A stretch of DNA of 64,000 nt from Flavobacteriales bacterium (lineage in GTDB: Bacteria; Bacteroidota; Bacteroidia; Flavobacteriales_E; Vicingaceae), in NCBI GenBank assembly GCA_002401955.1, contig NVUQ01000006.1:19061-83060 (forward strand), given 5' to 3'. The first letter of the stretch is position 1. Every line of letters begins with the position of its first letter. The notes under the pieces were generated by a model. The model made no database searches and was not told where the DNA came from. It saw only the letters and a list, made by a program, of their open reading frames with translations. Positions 46,844-57,625 of the stretch are shown here, in pieces. The position numbers were made by a program, and so were the translations under genes.

Positions 46844-48289
46844 ATGAAAAAACACATCATTTTTATATTTTTAATCGTCTTTATTTCGATTAACACCTTT
46901 GGAGGAAATCTAAAGGCTTATTTTACTTACTGTACATTTAATTCGCCAGATAACGGATCATATATAGAAACTTATCTTTCGGTGGTTGGTGGTTCTGCTG
47001 TTTATATCAAAACGGAGAACAATACATTTCAAAGTAAAATTGAAATTACCTTGATTTTTAAACAAGGAGAAGAAATTAAAAAGTATAAAAAGTATAATTT
47101 ACTTAGTCCTGAAATTACTGACTCTTTAGCAATGAGAGATAATTTTATGGATCAGCAAAGAATTTCATTAGAAGAAGGAAAATACGAATTTGAAATTTCT
47201 ATTAAAGATTTAAACTCCAATGATGTGCCTTTTAAATCTACTCAGATACTAACGGTAGATTACCCTAACAATAAAATTAACATCTCTGATATAGAGTTAA
47301 TTGAAACGTTAAAAAAGAGTACAGAAAAAAGCATTATTACAAAAAGTGGTTATGATATAATCCCTTACACTTCTGATTTTTTTCCAGAAAATTTTGAGAA
47401 AATTGCTTTCTATTCGGAAATTTACAATACAAATAAAATACTAGGTGATAATGAAGATTTTTTAATTTCTTATTACATTGAAACTTTTGAAAACACTAAA
47501 CCTCTTAGAAACTATAAAAGTTTTACTAGAGAAAAAACAAAAGCTGTAAATATTCTTTTAAAATCTTTTTCTATTGATCAATTACCATCAGGAAACTACA
47601 ACTTAGTTATTGAAGCCAGAAACAAAATAAATGAATTATTGGTTAAGAAAAAGATATTTTTTCAAAGGAGTAACCCTAAAGCTACTCCCCTCTTAATTCA
47701 TGATGATTATTTAAATTCATTTGTTGCTAGTATGCATAAAGATGAGCTTGAAGAGTACATACAAAGTATCGAACCAATATCATCAAACATTGAAATTGAC
47801 TTTGCACAAAACCAATTAAATGGTAAAGATGAAGAATTAATGAGACAATATTTTTATAACTTTTGGGTAACAAGAAATGAAGATTCCCCAGGGATAGCAT
47901 GGCACAATTATAAAAAAGAAGTAAATTCGGTTAACAAATTATTTTCTACTCAAATAAGAAAAGGATACACAACAGACAGAGGTCGTGTATTTTTAAAATA
48001 TGGACAACCAAATACTAGAACTCCTTACCCTATGGAACCTTTATCTTACCCTTATGAAATTTGGCACTATTACAAAATAGAAAACTTCAGTAACAAGAAA
48101 TTCGTTTTTTATGACCCTCAAGGAACAAACGATTTTCAGGTATTGCATTCTGACATGCCTGGATTTATTAATAATCCTCAATGGAGAATTCATCTTAAAA
48201 TTAGAAAACCTACCCATATAGATCCTGATGATGTTGAGATAGACAATACCAACCAACAAATCAATGACAATTTCAATAACCCTAGATAA
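46844..48289 (+). CDS. GWxTD-domain protein, secreted
   Basis: 481 aa with a signal peptide. RKGYTTDRGRVFLKYGQPN...YPYEIWHY fits the GWxTD domain (GYTTD variant). Confidence 0.7.
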   Translation: MKKHIIFIFLIVFISINTFGGNLKAYFTYCTFNSPDNGSYIETYLSVVGGSAVYIKTENNTFQSKIEITLIFKQGEEIKKYKKYNLLSPEITDSLAMRDNFMDQQRISLEEGKYEFEISIKDLNSNDVPFKSTQILTVDYPNNKINISDIELIETLKKSTEKSIITKSGYDIIPYTSDFFPENFEKIAFYSEIYNTNKILGDNEDFLISYYIETFENTKPLRNYKSFTREKTKAVNILLKSFSIDQLPSGNYNLVIEARNKINELLVKKKIFFQRSNPKATPLLIHDDYLNSFVASMHKDELEEYIQSIEPISSNIEIDFAQNQLNGKDEELMRQYFYNFWVTRNEDSPGIAWHNYKKEVNSVNKLFSTQIRKGYTTDRGRVFLKYGQPNTRTPYPMEPLSYPYEIWHYYKIENFSNKKFVFYDPQGTNDFQVLHSDMPGFINNPQWRIHLKIRKPTHIDPDDVEIDNTNQQINDNFNNPR

Positions 48290-48296
48290 TTAAGTT

Positions 48297-49304
48297 GTGA
48301 ACGAAAAAACAGCTGTTGTTATCCTTAATTGGAACGGTAAATCGTTCTTAGAACAATTTTTACCCTCTGTAACACAACATACTGTAAACGCTCAAATTAT
48401 TGTTGCAGATAATAATTCTACTGACGATTCTATTTCTTTTCTAAAAACAAACTATCCTCAAATTGAAATTATAAAACTGGATAAAAACTATGGTTTTGCT
48501 GGAGGCTACAATAAAGCTTTAAAAGAAGTAAAATCAGAATACTACGTCTTACTTAATTCTGATGTTGAAGTAACTGAAAACTGGCTAAATCCTATTATTG
48601 AATTGTTAGATAGTGATCATTCAATAGTTGCTTGTCAGCCCAAGATAAAAGATTACAACAATAACACCTATTTTGAATACGCTGGTGCTAGTGGTGGCTT
48701 TATAGATAAATACGGCTACCCTTTTTGTAGAGGTAGAATTTTTGATGAGCTTGAAGAAGACAAAGGTCAATACAATGATGCAACTGAAATATTTTGGGCT
48801 TCAGGAGCTTGTTTTGTAATTAGAGCTTCAGCATATCATAATATTGGTGGTTTAGATGAATTTTATTTCGCCCATATGGAAGAAATAGATCTATGTTGGC
48901 GATTAAAAAATCAAGGATATAAAATAATGGTTTACCCCTCTTCTACTGTTTACCACCTTGGAGGTGGAACATTAAACAAAGTGAATCCTCGAAAAACATT
49001 TCTAAACTTCAGAAATAGTTTACTTACACTTCATAAAAACCTTTCTAAAAAAGATCGTTTTGGTATTATTTTTATTCGGTTATGTTTGGATGGAATTGCT
49101 GGAGCAAAATTTTTACTAACAGGAAAACCAAAACATACATGGGCAATTGTTCGTTCTCACTTTGCTTTTTATGGTGCTCTTTCTCAAAATAAACTCAAAA
49201 GAATAACACCCGAAAACCCTAATTTAAAAGGGCTTATTAATAAGAGTATTGTTAAAGAACACGTTATTAAAAAGAAGAACACATTTAACGATTTATTAAA
49301 ATAA
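48297..49304 (+). CDS. family-2 glycosyltransferase
   Basis: GTG start. AVVILNWNG, ADNNSTDDS, LNSDVEV and the HMEEIDLCWR motif are typical of rhamnosyl/GT2 enzymes. Confidence 0.8.
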   Translation: MNEKTAVVILNWNGKSFLEQFLPSVTQHTVNAQIIVADNNSTDDSISFLKTNYPQIEIIKLDKNYGFAGGYNKALKEVKSEYYVLLNSDVEVTENWLNPIIELLDSDHSIVACQPKIKDYNNNTYFEYAGASGGFIDKYGYPFCRGRIFDELEEDKGQYNDATEIFWASGACFVIRASAYHNIGGLDEFYFAHMEEIDLCWRLKNQGYKIMVYPSSTVYHLGGGTLNKVNPRKTFLNFRNSLLTLHKNLSKKDRFGIIFIRLCLDGIAGAKFLLTGKPKHTWAIVRSHFAFYGALSQNKLKRITPENPNLKGLINKSIVKEHVIKKKNTFNDLLK

Positions 49305-49368
49305 TTGCTTTTATTCTTGTATTAGTTGTAAGAAAGTGTAAATTAGCCGCCAAATAAATATTTGATAG

Positions 49369-49581
49369 ATGGGAAGACCAGCAACGAAACCAACAAAGCT
49401 TAAAGACGGATTTTACTTAGAAATAAGAAATAAAGGAAGTAAATCGGGTATAAAGATTATGAGAGAGACTGAAAAAGCTATGAATATTGCTATAAAAGAA
49501 TACGACAAAGTAAAAGATGTTGTTATTTTAGGCGAGTTTAAAAACGGGAAACCAGTATCAAAGCCTAAAAAGAAGAAATAA
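49369..49581 (+). CDS. small lysine-rich hypothetical protein
   Basis: 70-aa ORF with basic termini. No family recognised. Confidence 0.4.
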   Translation: MGRPATKPTKLKDGFYLEIRNKGSKSGIKIMRETEKAMNIAIKEYDKVKDVVILGEFKNGKPVSKPKKKK

Positions 49582-49583
49582 TT

Positions 49584-51047
49584 CTATTTCTCAATTTCAG
49601 CTAGTTTAATCATAATTTTTTCCATTTTCTTTTTCATTAAAAAGGAAGTGCAATTAAAATTGTTTATAGTTATAGCAAAAGCAATATTTCTGTTGTTCTT
49701 TGTTGTAACATATCCTGCATAACTCTTAACTCGAGTCATTGTTCCACTTTTCGCTTTTACGCGACCTGCAGCTGCTGTGCCTTTACCTACATTTCTTAAA
49801 GTTCCACTCTTACCTGCAACAGGCAACGAGTTGATAAATATATTTTTATTCTCACTATAATACATGTATTTTAAAATTCCCACTAATTGCTTAGCTGTTA
49901 TGGCATTAAATCGAGATAATCCACTACCGTCATTAATATGCATCCCGTCAATATCCAACTCATTATCTCTCCAAAAAAATGTTGTAGCTTGTGTACCAGA
50001 ACCAGTATCTCCACTTCTATATTTAAATACTCCTATCTGATTCATTAAATGCTCTGCATACAAATTAACACTATTCATATTGGTTAAATCTACAATAGAA
50101 ATAAGTTTAGGAGAACGAGTTGTAGTTATCATGTTCCTTTTAGGCTTGGTAACTGAACCAGTTTCAAATTTTATTTTACGTATTGTTGTCGATGGATTTG
50201 CTAATTTAATTCCTAAACCTCTCAACCCCATATCCAATTCAAAAGCAGCTAGGTAAGCTGGATCTGGTATCGAACCTCTTACCATAAAGTTTTCTTTATT
50301 GGTAGGTATTCCTCCTTTTATAATTCTATTTTCTTGATAGGGGGCTCCGAAAATGTACGACAAATCATTTTTAGTTATCATACTCTTCACATAATTATCA
50401 AATTTTAAATTAGGGATGTACGGGTAAACACATGTTATTTCGGTGGAATCACCTCTTTTACCTGATTGCAGCTCTAAATTGCACTTATTTTCATAAATAG
50501 ATAACCCACACGGCCCAGCTCCATAGTAATTGCCTAAATCACCCCAAATCCATGTTGCAGGTATCATTTGTTCACTAAAAATAGACGCATCTCCTATTAC
50601 CCTTCCATTAATGGAGTCTATCCCTAATTGAATAATTTCATTTGCCCATTTGTTAATAAAACTTCCATAATGCTCAGCAAACCTTACCGAACCTAAGCAT
50701 GGATCTCCTCCTCCAACAATGTATATGTTTCCATTTAACACACAATTGGTATCTATTTCACCAGAATATTTAATGTAAGTTGAAAACCGTTTACCTGCCC
50801 CTAACAATTCTAATGCTGTTGCTGTAGTTACCAACTTCATAGTTGATGCTGGAACTAAACTTTTATTAGAACCCAAACCAGCGATTACCTTATTAGAATC
50901 TAAATCTAAAGCATAAAAGCTAATGGATGCATTTTTTAAATCATTATCTGCAGCCATTTTTTGTATGGCTAAACGAACATCTTTAGTGGTTTGCGATTTT
51001 AAGGTAAATGCAAAAATTAATAGAAATATAAAAATAAGTGACCTCAC
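49584..51047 (-). CDS. dacB: D-alanyl-D-alanine carboxypeptidase/endopeptidase (PBP4, S13 family)
   Basis: 487 aa with a signal peptide. SxxK (PASTMK), SxN (NSVN) and KTG-like (KAKSGT) motifs. Confidence 0.8.
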   Translation of the reverse strand: MRSLIFIFLLIFAFTLKSQTTKDVRLAIQKMAADNDLKNASISFYALDLDSNKVIAGLGSNKSLVPASTMKLVTTATALELLGAGKRFSTYIKYSGEIDTNCVLNGNIYIVGGGDPCLGSVRFAEHYGSFINKWANEIIQLGIDSINGRVIGDASIFSEQMIPATWIWGDLGNYYGAGPCGLSIYENKCNLELQSGKRGDSTEITCVYPYIPNLKFDNYVKSMITKNDLSYIFGAPYQENRIIKGGIPTNKENFMVRGSIPDPAYLAAFELDMGLRGLGIKLANPSTTIRKIKFETGSVTKPKRNMITTTRSPKLISIVDLTNMNSVNLYAEHLMNQIGVFKYRSGDTGSGTQATTFFWRDNELDIDGMHINDGSGLSRFNAITAKQLVGILKYMYYSENKNIFINSLPVAGKSGTLRNVGKGTAAAGRVKAKSGTMTRVKSYAGYVTTKNNRNIAFAITINNFNCTSFLMKKKMEKIMIKLAEIEK

Positions 51048-51523
51048 TAATTTTTCATCTGTTTGGTAGAATAACTATATGCTAATTCTACTTTTTTAAA
51101 TCGTTCTTCATCAATTATAGAGCAACCTGAATTTAACAACTCAAAAACTTCTCTTTCTCTTTCTTTGTGATATGGTTTTGTTGTCTTAAAAATATCTAAA
51201 TCATCAGATAAATCAGATAAACTATCTTTTGTAAAATCTACTTTTTTATTTTTTGATACAATACCTATTAAGGTCATTTGAGTTTCATCACATTTAAACG
51301 ATTTAATATCATGTGGTGTAATATGTTCTAAAAAATTGATGTTTTTTAATGCTTTATCCAACACAATATCACTAAACATTTCTACCAATTCCTGAACTTT
51401 TTTATCTTTCTTTTTATTGAGCTCTTCCCACTCTTCGGTATAAACATTGTTAGAAATTAAAAAGTGTTTAAACTCTCCTTCTAACTCTTTAAGTTCTTCA
51501 TCTGATAAACACCTGTACTTCAT
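51047..51523 (-). CDS. hypothetical cytoplasmic protein
   Basis: 158 aa with a 1-nt overlap to dacB. No family confidently recognised. Confidence 0.5.
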   Translation of the reverse strand: MKYRCLSDEELKELEGEFKHFLISNNVYTEEWEELNKKKDKKVQELVEMFSDIVLDKALKNINFLEHITPHDIKSFKCDETQMTLIGIVSKNKKVDFTKDSLSDLSDDLDIFKTTKPYHKEREREVFELLNSGCSIIDEERFKKVELAYSYSTKQMKN

Positions 51524-51686
51524 TTATTAATTTTTATTAAATATATGGAAAAAAATCAAAGGTAAATCAATTGCTTTAATTCGGATAATTTTTTCTACTT
51601 GACTTTACCGAATAAAAACGCTATTTTCGTTTAACAACATGTTTTATATTAAAACATGATATAGAATAAGGTTAGCTAAAATTAAA

Positions 51687-52244
51687 ATGAATGCCACTAC
51701 TTACATTATACTTTTAATGAGCATTTTCGTATTGTACAGTTGCCAGACACAGCGAAAATTGTACGAATTACATAAAATGGAAGATTTTAATGTTAGTGCT
51801 GGAAATGATTTCATAAAGAAAATACAGCGATTAATTGAAATTAATGAAATATCCATTGTAGATACGAAAGCTGACGGAAACGATTTTAAGGTTAACAGAC
51901 AATCGATTTTTCTTGATACAAATCAAATCGATCAACCGAATTATTATAGTTATAAAAAGAAAGCAAATGAACTGAAAATTTCACCAGATAGCTTGCAAAT
52001 CTGCTTAAATGCATTTTACAGAATTGGAGTGAATGAATTTAATCGTGATGTCAAACACTTCCGATTTCCTGTAATTGTTGGATTTACAACAAATAAAGGT
52101 TATGTCTACTCTAAAAATGAAAACCTTCAATTAGGTGACACTTTGCCCGCTACTTCTACTAGAAATAAAGACTATCATTTCAAATTAGTTGTAACAAAAA
52201 AGATTAATGGTAATTGGTTTGAATATTATAAAACAACAAAATAA
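51687..52244 (+). CDS. hypothetical lipoprotein
   Basis: 185 aa with signal/lipobox VLYSC. Confidence 0.45.
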   Translation: MNATTYIILLMSIFVLYSCQTQRKLYELHKMEDFNVSAGNDFIKKIQRLIEINEISIVDTKADGNDFKVNRQSIFLDTNQIDQPNYYSYKKKANELKISPDSLQICLNAFYRIGVNEFNRDVKHFRFPVIVGFTTNKGYVYSKNENLQLGDTLPATSTRNKDYHFKLVVTKKINGNWFEYYKTTK

Positions 52245-52304
52245 AACAAATGCTAATACTATTTAAAAATACATTAAAACGCATTTCATATTAAACAAAA
52301 CGAA

Positions 52305-52766
52305 CTAATCCTCCAACTGCTTAAATACCTCTTTAAACTCTTCCCAAAACTCATGTAACCCAACCATTCTTTTTTCATAAAATTGGAAAGTTTTTTTCCA
52401 GTCATCCTTGTTGTAAATAGAAACATCTGAAATGTGAACTGAAATTTTACTCACAGGAGAATCGTATTGATTAAAAGATACTTGTTCCCACACAACATCA
52501 TTTCCTATGCTAGATTCTAACACTGTTTTTAATTGCAAAAACTGTTCGTAAAACAACTCTCTTATGTCATCATCATTATGTTGTATCTCAATAGAGAAGA
52601 TGGCCTCTTTTGGAGTCATGCTTAATCTAAAGAAAATGTCTTTTACATTAGATCGGTAATTAACCCAACGAAGTCTTCCGTAACGATTATTGTATTTTTT
52701 CATATACAACCCGAAACTGTTCCAGAAATCTGAATTAAATTGTTTTTTTTCGTCTTTGCTAAACAT
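52305..52766 (-). CDS. hypothetical protein (possibly DUF4268)
   Basis: 153 aa. FWNSFGLYMKK...RLRWVNY...FFRL pattern recalled from DUF4268. Low certainty. Confidence 0.45.
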   Translation of the reverse strand: MFSKDEKKQFNSDFWNSFGLYMKKYNNRYGRLRWVNYRSNVKDIFFRLSMTPKEAIFSIEIQHNDDDIRELFYEQFLQLKTVLESSIGNDVVWEQVSFNQYDSPVSKISVHISDVSIYNKDDWKKTFQFYEKRMVGLHEFWEEFKEVFKQLED

Positions 52767-52879
52767 TATTTTTTAGATACAAGATTTTAAGAGAATAGAT
52801 ACAAAGCTTTTAATCCTGTAAAAATAACAAACTCTCTTTTATAAATTAATTAGTTTTACCTGCATAAATTAATAGAACT

Positions 52880-53647
52880 ATGAAATTAATCTCTTGGAAT
52901 TTAAACGGAATAAGGGCTGTAGCTAAAAAAGGATTGTTTGAAAAAATTGAGGCAATGAATCCTGATGTTATTTGTTTTCAAGAAACAAAAGCTCAAGACG
53001 ATCAGGTAGCAGAAGTTTTAGAAGGTTTAAATGGTTACCACTTCTACTCTAATTCTGCTGTTAAAAAAGGTTATTCTGGTACAGCTATAGTTTCTAAAAC
53101 AGAACCTTTAAATGTAAGTTCTGATATTGGTATTGAAGAACACGATCAAGAAGGTAGAGTTATTACTGCTGAATTTGATGATTTTTATATTACAAGTATT
53201 TATACTCCCAACTCTAAAAATGATTTATCTCGTTTAGATGATAGACAAAATTTTGATGCTGCCTTTTTAGTTTATTTAAAAGAATTAGAAAAGAAAAAAC
53301 CTGTAATTGTTTGTGGTGATTTTAATGTTGCTCATAAAGCAATTGATTTAGCAAGACCTAAACCTAACTACAACAAAAGTGCTGGTTTTATGCAAGAAGA
53401 AATTGATGGTATGGACAATTTTGTTGGAGCTGGATTATTAGATACATTTAGATACCTACATCCAGAAAAAACAGAAGCATATAGTTGGTGGAGTTACAGA
53501 GGTGGAGCAAGAGATAGAAATGTTGGCTGGAGGATTGATTATTTCTTAGTGAGTGAAGCTATCATCAACAACCTTAAAACTGCAAGCATTCTTTCCGATG
53601 TGCATGGTTCTGATCATTGCCCTGTGGAAATTGATATAGAATTTTAA
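52880..53647 (+). CDS. xth: exodeoxyribonuclease III
   Basis: 255 aa. MKLISWNLNGIRA, CFQETK, VCGDFNVAH and GSDHCPV are ExoIII/EEP AP-endonuclease motifs. Confidence 0.9.
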   Translation: MKLISWNLNGIRAVAKKGLFEKIEAMNPDVICFQETKAQDDQVAEVLEGLNGYHFYSNSAVKKGYSGTAIVSKTEPLNVSSDIGIEEHDQEGRVITAEFDDFYITSIYTPNSKNDLSRLDDRQNFDAAFLVYLKELEKKKPVIVCGDFNVAHKAIDLARPKPNYNKSAGFMQEEIDGMDNFVGAGLLDTFRYLHPEKTEAYSWWSYRGGARDRNVGWRIDYFLVSEAIINNLKTASILSDVHGSDHCPVEIDIEF

Positions 53648-53665
53648 ATCAAAATATTAATTCAT

Positions 53666-53697
53666 AAAAAAAGCCTCAACATTGTTGAGGCTTTTTT
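53666..53697. terminator. bidirectional rho-independent terminator
   Basis: AAAAAAAGCCTCAAC-loop-GTTGAGGCTTTTTT between convergent xth and rocD. Confidence 0.8.
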
Positions 53698-53713
53698 ATT
53701 CTATAAGTTTTTT

Positions 53714-54955
53714 CTAAAACTCAGTAATTGTTTTTGTAATAATAGAAACACAATCCAATAATTGCTCTTCAGTCATCACTAAAGGTGGTGCAAAACGAAT
53801 AATGTTTCCGTGAGTTGGCTTAGCTAATAAACCATTATCTCTTAATTTCATACAAATATCCCAAGCTGTAGAACTGTCTTCAGTATCATTAATTACAATT
53901 GCATTTAACAATCCTTTACCTCTAACTAATTTTACTAAATCATTCGTTTCAATGAACTTATTCATTTCTGATCGAAACAATTGACCTAGTTTCTCAGCAT
54001 TTTCAGCTAATTTTTCATCTTTAACAACTTCTAAGGCAGCCATGGCAACTTTAGCCGCAACTGGATTACCACCAAAAGTAGAACCGTGCTCTCCAGGTCT
54101 AATCACCTCCATAATATGATCATCTGCAAATACTGCAGAAACAGGATAAACACCACCTGAAATTGCTTTTCCTAAAATTAAAATATCTGGTTTAACATTT
54201 TCATGATCTACAGCTAATAATTTACCTGTACGAGCAATTCCTGTTTGTACCTCATCAGCAACAAACAAAACTCCAGCAGCTTTACAAAGTGCAGCACACT
54301 CTTCTAAATATCCTTCATCTGGCACAAAAACTCCAGCTTCTCCTTGAATGGGTTCAGCCATAAATCCTGCAACATTCTCATCTTTTAACGCTTCTTCTAA
54401 AGCATTAATATCGTTGTAAGGTATTTTTACAAAACCTGGCGTGTAAGGTCCAAAGTTTTTTCTTGCATCTGGATCGTTAGAAAAGGAAATTATTGTTGTT
54501 GTTCTTCCGTGAAAGTTATTTTCACAAACAATAATCTTAGCTTCATTTTCAGCAATCCCTTTCTTTTCATAAGCCCATTTTCTAGTTAACTTTAAAGCTG
54601 TTTCAACTGCTTCAGCACCAGAATTCATTGGTAACACTTTATCATAACCAAAATATTCTGTTACATATTTTTCATAAGCACCCAGCACGTCATTATAAAA
54701 TGCTCTAGATGTTAACGCCAATGTAGATGCTTGATCAATCAATGCTTTAACAATTTTTGGATGAGAATGTCCTTGATTTACAGCAGAATATGCAGATAAA
54801 AAATCATAATACTTTTTTCCCTCAGCATCCCAAACAAAAACACCTTCTCCTTTGCTTAATACAACTGGTAATGGGTGATAGTTATGAGCACCGTATTTGT
54901 TTTCTAAATCTATCGCTTGTTGCGATGTTAATTTCTCTGTTATAGTTGTTTCCAT
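53714..54955 (-). CDS. rocD: ornithine--oxo-acid aminotransferase (class III PLP aminotransferase)
   Basis: 413 aa. [45 protein letters not shown] and LGKAISGG (PLP Lys). Confidence 0.85.
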   Translation of the reverse strand: METTITEKLTSQQAIDLENKYGAHNYHPLPVVLSKGEGVFVWDAEGKKYYDFLSAYSAVNQGHSHPKIVKALIDQASTLALTSRAFYNDVLGAYEKYVTEYFGYDKVLPMNSGAEAVETALKLTRKWAYEKKGIAENEAKIIVCENNFHGRTTTIISFSNDPDARKNFGPYTPGFVKIPYNDINALEEALKDENVAGFMAEPIQGEAGVFVPDEGYLEECAALCKAAGVLFVADEVQTGIARTGKLLAVDHENVKPDILILGKAISGGVYPVSAVFADDHIMEVIRPGEHGSTFGGNPVAAKVAMAALEVVKDEKLAENAEKLGQLFRSEMNKFIETNDLVKLVRGKGLLNAIVINDTEDSSTAWDICMKLRDNGLLAKPTHGNIIRFAPPLVMTEEQLLDCVSIITKTITEF

Positions 54956-55101
54956 ATTTTTTTAGTTTAATAAAAATTGAAACTCATCTCGGAGAGTTGT
55001 ATATCCTTTCCTCATTAGCTTTGGAGAGAAATCATCCGTAGGCGAAATTATCCAAAATAAACTAAATATTTGTAACTTTGCCGACTAATTTACACCTTAG
55101 G

Positions 55102-56106
55102 ATGGAAGAAAAAGACACTAAAAGTCTATTAGACAGGCAATTATTTCTAAACATAATACGTAACAACTGGGTTGCCGTTGTGTTTGCAAATATGAACAAT
55201 GTTATAGAATATGTTAATCCAGCAGCTTGTCGTTTATATGGTTACGAAGAGCACGAATTAATAGGGCAAAAAACCGATATTTTCAACAGCGAACTATCGT
55301 ATAATGCGGATGACATTGTTAAAAGCATCAAAGAAAGAGGCTATTGGTTCGGTGAAATCATCCAAAGAAAAAAAGATAACACCGACTTTGATTCATTGTT
55401 ATCTGTACAGCTTATTATGAACCAAAAAGGGGTGCCTATTGGTTTTGCTTCTAATATTAAAGACATTACGCTTCAATTACAAAGCGAAAAAAGGTTAAAT
55501 ACAATTATTGAAGAAAAAGAACTTTTACTAAAAGAATTACACCATAGAGTTAAAAATAACCTCGCGATTATTAAAGGAATAATTAGTCTTCAAAACGTAG
55601 ATGAATTGGATGATAATTGTAAAAAGCTTATCGAAGATTTTAAGAATAGAGTTGATGCAGTGGCAACATTACACAACACCCTATATGATCCAGAAAATTT
55701 TGACAACTTAAATCTTAAATCGTTTATTAACGACTTAAGTGGCGGATTATACAGGTCTTACAGCACCAATGGTAAAATAATTCAGATTACAAATACTGTA
55801 AACGACTATTCAGTAGATATTTCTATAGCTACACCTCTGTGTTTAATTATTAATGAAGTAATAACTAATTCATTTAAACATGGTTTTTCAGACAGAAATA
55901 CAGGACATATTAATATTGATTTATATTCAGAAAATGATGTAACTGAAATCAAAATTACTGATAATGGAAAAGGATTTGATTACGGCTCAATTAAAAAAGA
56001 GTCTTTAGGAATTTCTTTAATAAAGGATCTTAGCGAACAAATTGATGCTAAGTTTAAATACAATAATGTCAATGGAACTCAATTTAGCATATACCTTAAC
56101 AATTAA
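55102..56106 (+). CDS. PAS-domain sensor histidine kinase (HisKA_2-type)
   Basis: Trimmed to the ATG. PAS region (NPAACRLYGYEEHELIGQ), H-box ELHHRVKNNLAII, and HATPase ITDNGKGF. Confidence 0.75.
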   Translation: MEEKDTKSLLDRQLFLNIIRNNWVAVVFANMNNVIEYVNPAACRLYGYEEHELIGQKTDIFNSELSYNADDIVKSIKERGYWFGEIIQRKKDNTDFDSLLSVQLIMNQKGVPIGFASNIKDITLQLQSEKRLNTIIEEKELLLKELHHRVKNNLAIIKGIISLQNVDELDDNCKKLIEDFKNRVDAVATLHNTLYDPENFDNLNLKSFINDLSGGLYRSYSTNGKIIQITNTVNDYSVDISIATPLCLIINEVITNSFKHGFSDRNTGHINIDLYSENDVTEIKITDNGKGFDYGSIKKESLGISLIKDLSEQIDAKFKYNNVNGTQFSIYLNN

Positions 56107-57551
56107 TGAGTAAAAATACTTTCAAAAAAAACCAAGTAGTAGAATTAAAAATAGTTGATGCTGCTTACGGAGGAAAAGGAATTGCTAAAATCCCAACAGA
56201 TGAGGGAGATTACATCCTATTTGTTCCTAACACAATTAAAGGACAAACTGTAACTGGTAGAGTCGTAAAACGAAAAAACAACTATGCCGAATGTAAATTG
56301 GTAGATGTTATTGAAAGATCGAAAGATGAAGTAGAACTTCCTTACCAACCTATTTCTGGTGCTCCTTTTGCAAGGTTACCTATTGAAATTCAAAAAGAAC
56401 AAAAGCAAACTCAGACTTTAGAACAGTACAAACGTATTGGGAAAGTTGAAAATATTGATACTCTTTTTGACGAGTATATTCAGTCTCCACTTACATGGCA
56501 CTATCGTAACAAAATGGAATATTCATTTAGTGCAATTGGTCATAATTTAGAAACAGACGAGGAATACGATGGTTTTTCTTTTGGATTTAAAAGAAGAGGA
56601 ACTTGGTGGAAAGTAGAAAATTTAGATAAAGACAGTGGGTTGTTTGATGCTGAATTTGAAAACAAACTAAAAGAGATTCGAAAATTCTTTGAAGACTCTG
56701 GTTTACCAGCTTGGCATCCACCAAAAAAAGAAGGTTTTTTTAGGTATTTAGTTGTTAGAAAAAGTTTTTTAACCAATCAGTTTTTAATAAAATTGGTTAC
56801 GAGTAGCGATGGAATGGAAAACTTTAAGTTTGACGCTTTTACCACTCTTATTACTGAACTTTTAGGGGATAGAGTTGCTGGATTATTACATACTATTAAT
56901 GATGATATTGGTGATAATGCTCAATCTCGTTTAGGACATGAAACAATCCTTTTTGGAGAAAATACCATAAAAGAAGAATTGCTTGGAATGACTTTCAAAA
57001 TAAGTATGCAAAGCTTTTTTCAAACGAACCCTAAGTCTGCTGAATTACTTTATACAAAAGCCATAGATTATGTTTTTGAGGATAATAATATAGATGATTC
57101 TGTGGTGATGGATCTATTCTGCGGAACAGGAACCATTGGTCAACTAGTAGCATCAAAAACTAACAGTAAAGTTATTGGTGTTGATATTGTTGAAGAAGCA
57201 ATAGAAAATGCAAAAGAAAACGCAAAAACAAATAAAATCGATAACGTAGAATTCTACGCTGCCGATGTCAATAAATTTTTAACTGAATTCCCAGAATATC
57301 AAAATAAAATAGGAACAATTATTTTAGATCCTCCAAGGGCTGGAATCTCTAAAAAAGCATTAAAACGAGTTGTAGAATTGGGTGCTAAACAAATAGTTTA
57401 CGTAAGCTGTAATCCTTCTACTCAAGCAAGAGATATGGAAGTTTTATTTGAAGCTAATTATGAGTTAAAAAAAATAAGTTTAGTAGATCAGTTTCCTCAC
57501 ACAGCACATATTGAGGCGGTTGCTTTATTTATTAAAACGAGACAAAAGTAA
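56106..57551 (+). CDS. rlmD: 23S rRNA (uracil-C5)-methyltransferase, RumA/RlmD family
   Basis: 481 aa. N-terminal TRAM-like domain, SAM motif DLFCGTGTIG, DPPRAG, and catalytic VSCNP. Confidence 0.8.
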   Translation: MSKNTFKKNQVVELKIVDAAYGGKGIAKIPTDEGDYILFVPNTIKGQTVTGRVVKRKNNYAECKLVDVIERSKDEVELPYQPISGAPFARLPIEIQKEQKQTQTLEQYKRIGKVENIDTLFDEYIQSPLTWHYRNKMEYSFSAIGHNLETDEEYDGFSFGFKRRGTWWKVENLDKDSGLFDAEFENKLKEIRKFFEDSGLPAWHPPKKEGFFRYLVVRKSFLTNQFLIKLVTSSDGMENFKFDAFTTLITELLGDRVAGLLHTINDDIGDNAQSRLGHETILFGENTIKEELLGMTFKISMQSFFQTNPKSAELLYTKAIDYVFEDNNIDDSVVMDLFCGTGTIGQLVASKTNSKVIGVDIVEEAIENAKENAKTNKIDNVEFYAADVNKFLTEFPEYQNKIGTIILDPPRAGISKKALKRVVELGAKQIVYVSCNPSTQARDMEVLFEANYELKKISLVDQFPHTAHIEAVALFIKTRQK

Positions 57552-57625
57552 AGAGGCAGGAGGAATTAGTTTTTAACAATCTACTCCTCTAATGCCTTTT
57601 GGCTATTTACTATTTTCCTAAAAAA

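Noticed and set aside
54987-55030. Repeated GGAGAG boxes (CTCGGAGAG ... TTTGGAGAGAAATC) in the rocD / histidine-kinase divergent intergenic region, considered as a riboswitch or leader.
   Set aside because: I recognise no known riboswitch or attenuator consensus, the region is short, and two hexamer copies are weak evidence. It is left unresolved rather than reported.
5555-57625. TTG/GTG-initiated N-terminal extensions in the ORF track: 5555, 6670, 22271, 27420, 29174, 38632, 42282 (minus-strand ORF 40900..42282), 55078, 57599.
   Set aside because: In each case an in-frame ATG a few codons downstream immediately precedes a canonical signal peptide or the conserved domain start. I report the shorter ATG-initiated coordinates. 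The true starts remain unverified without RBS models or proteomics.
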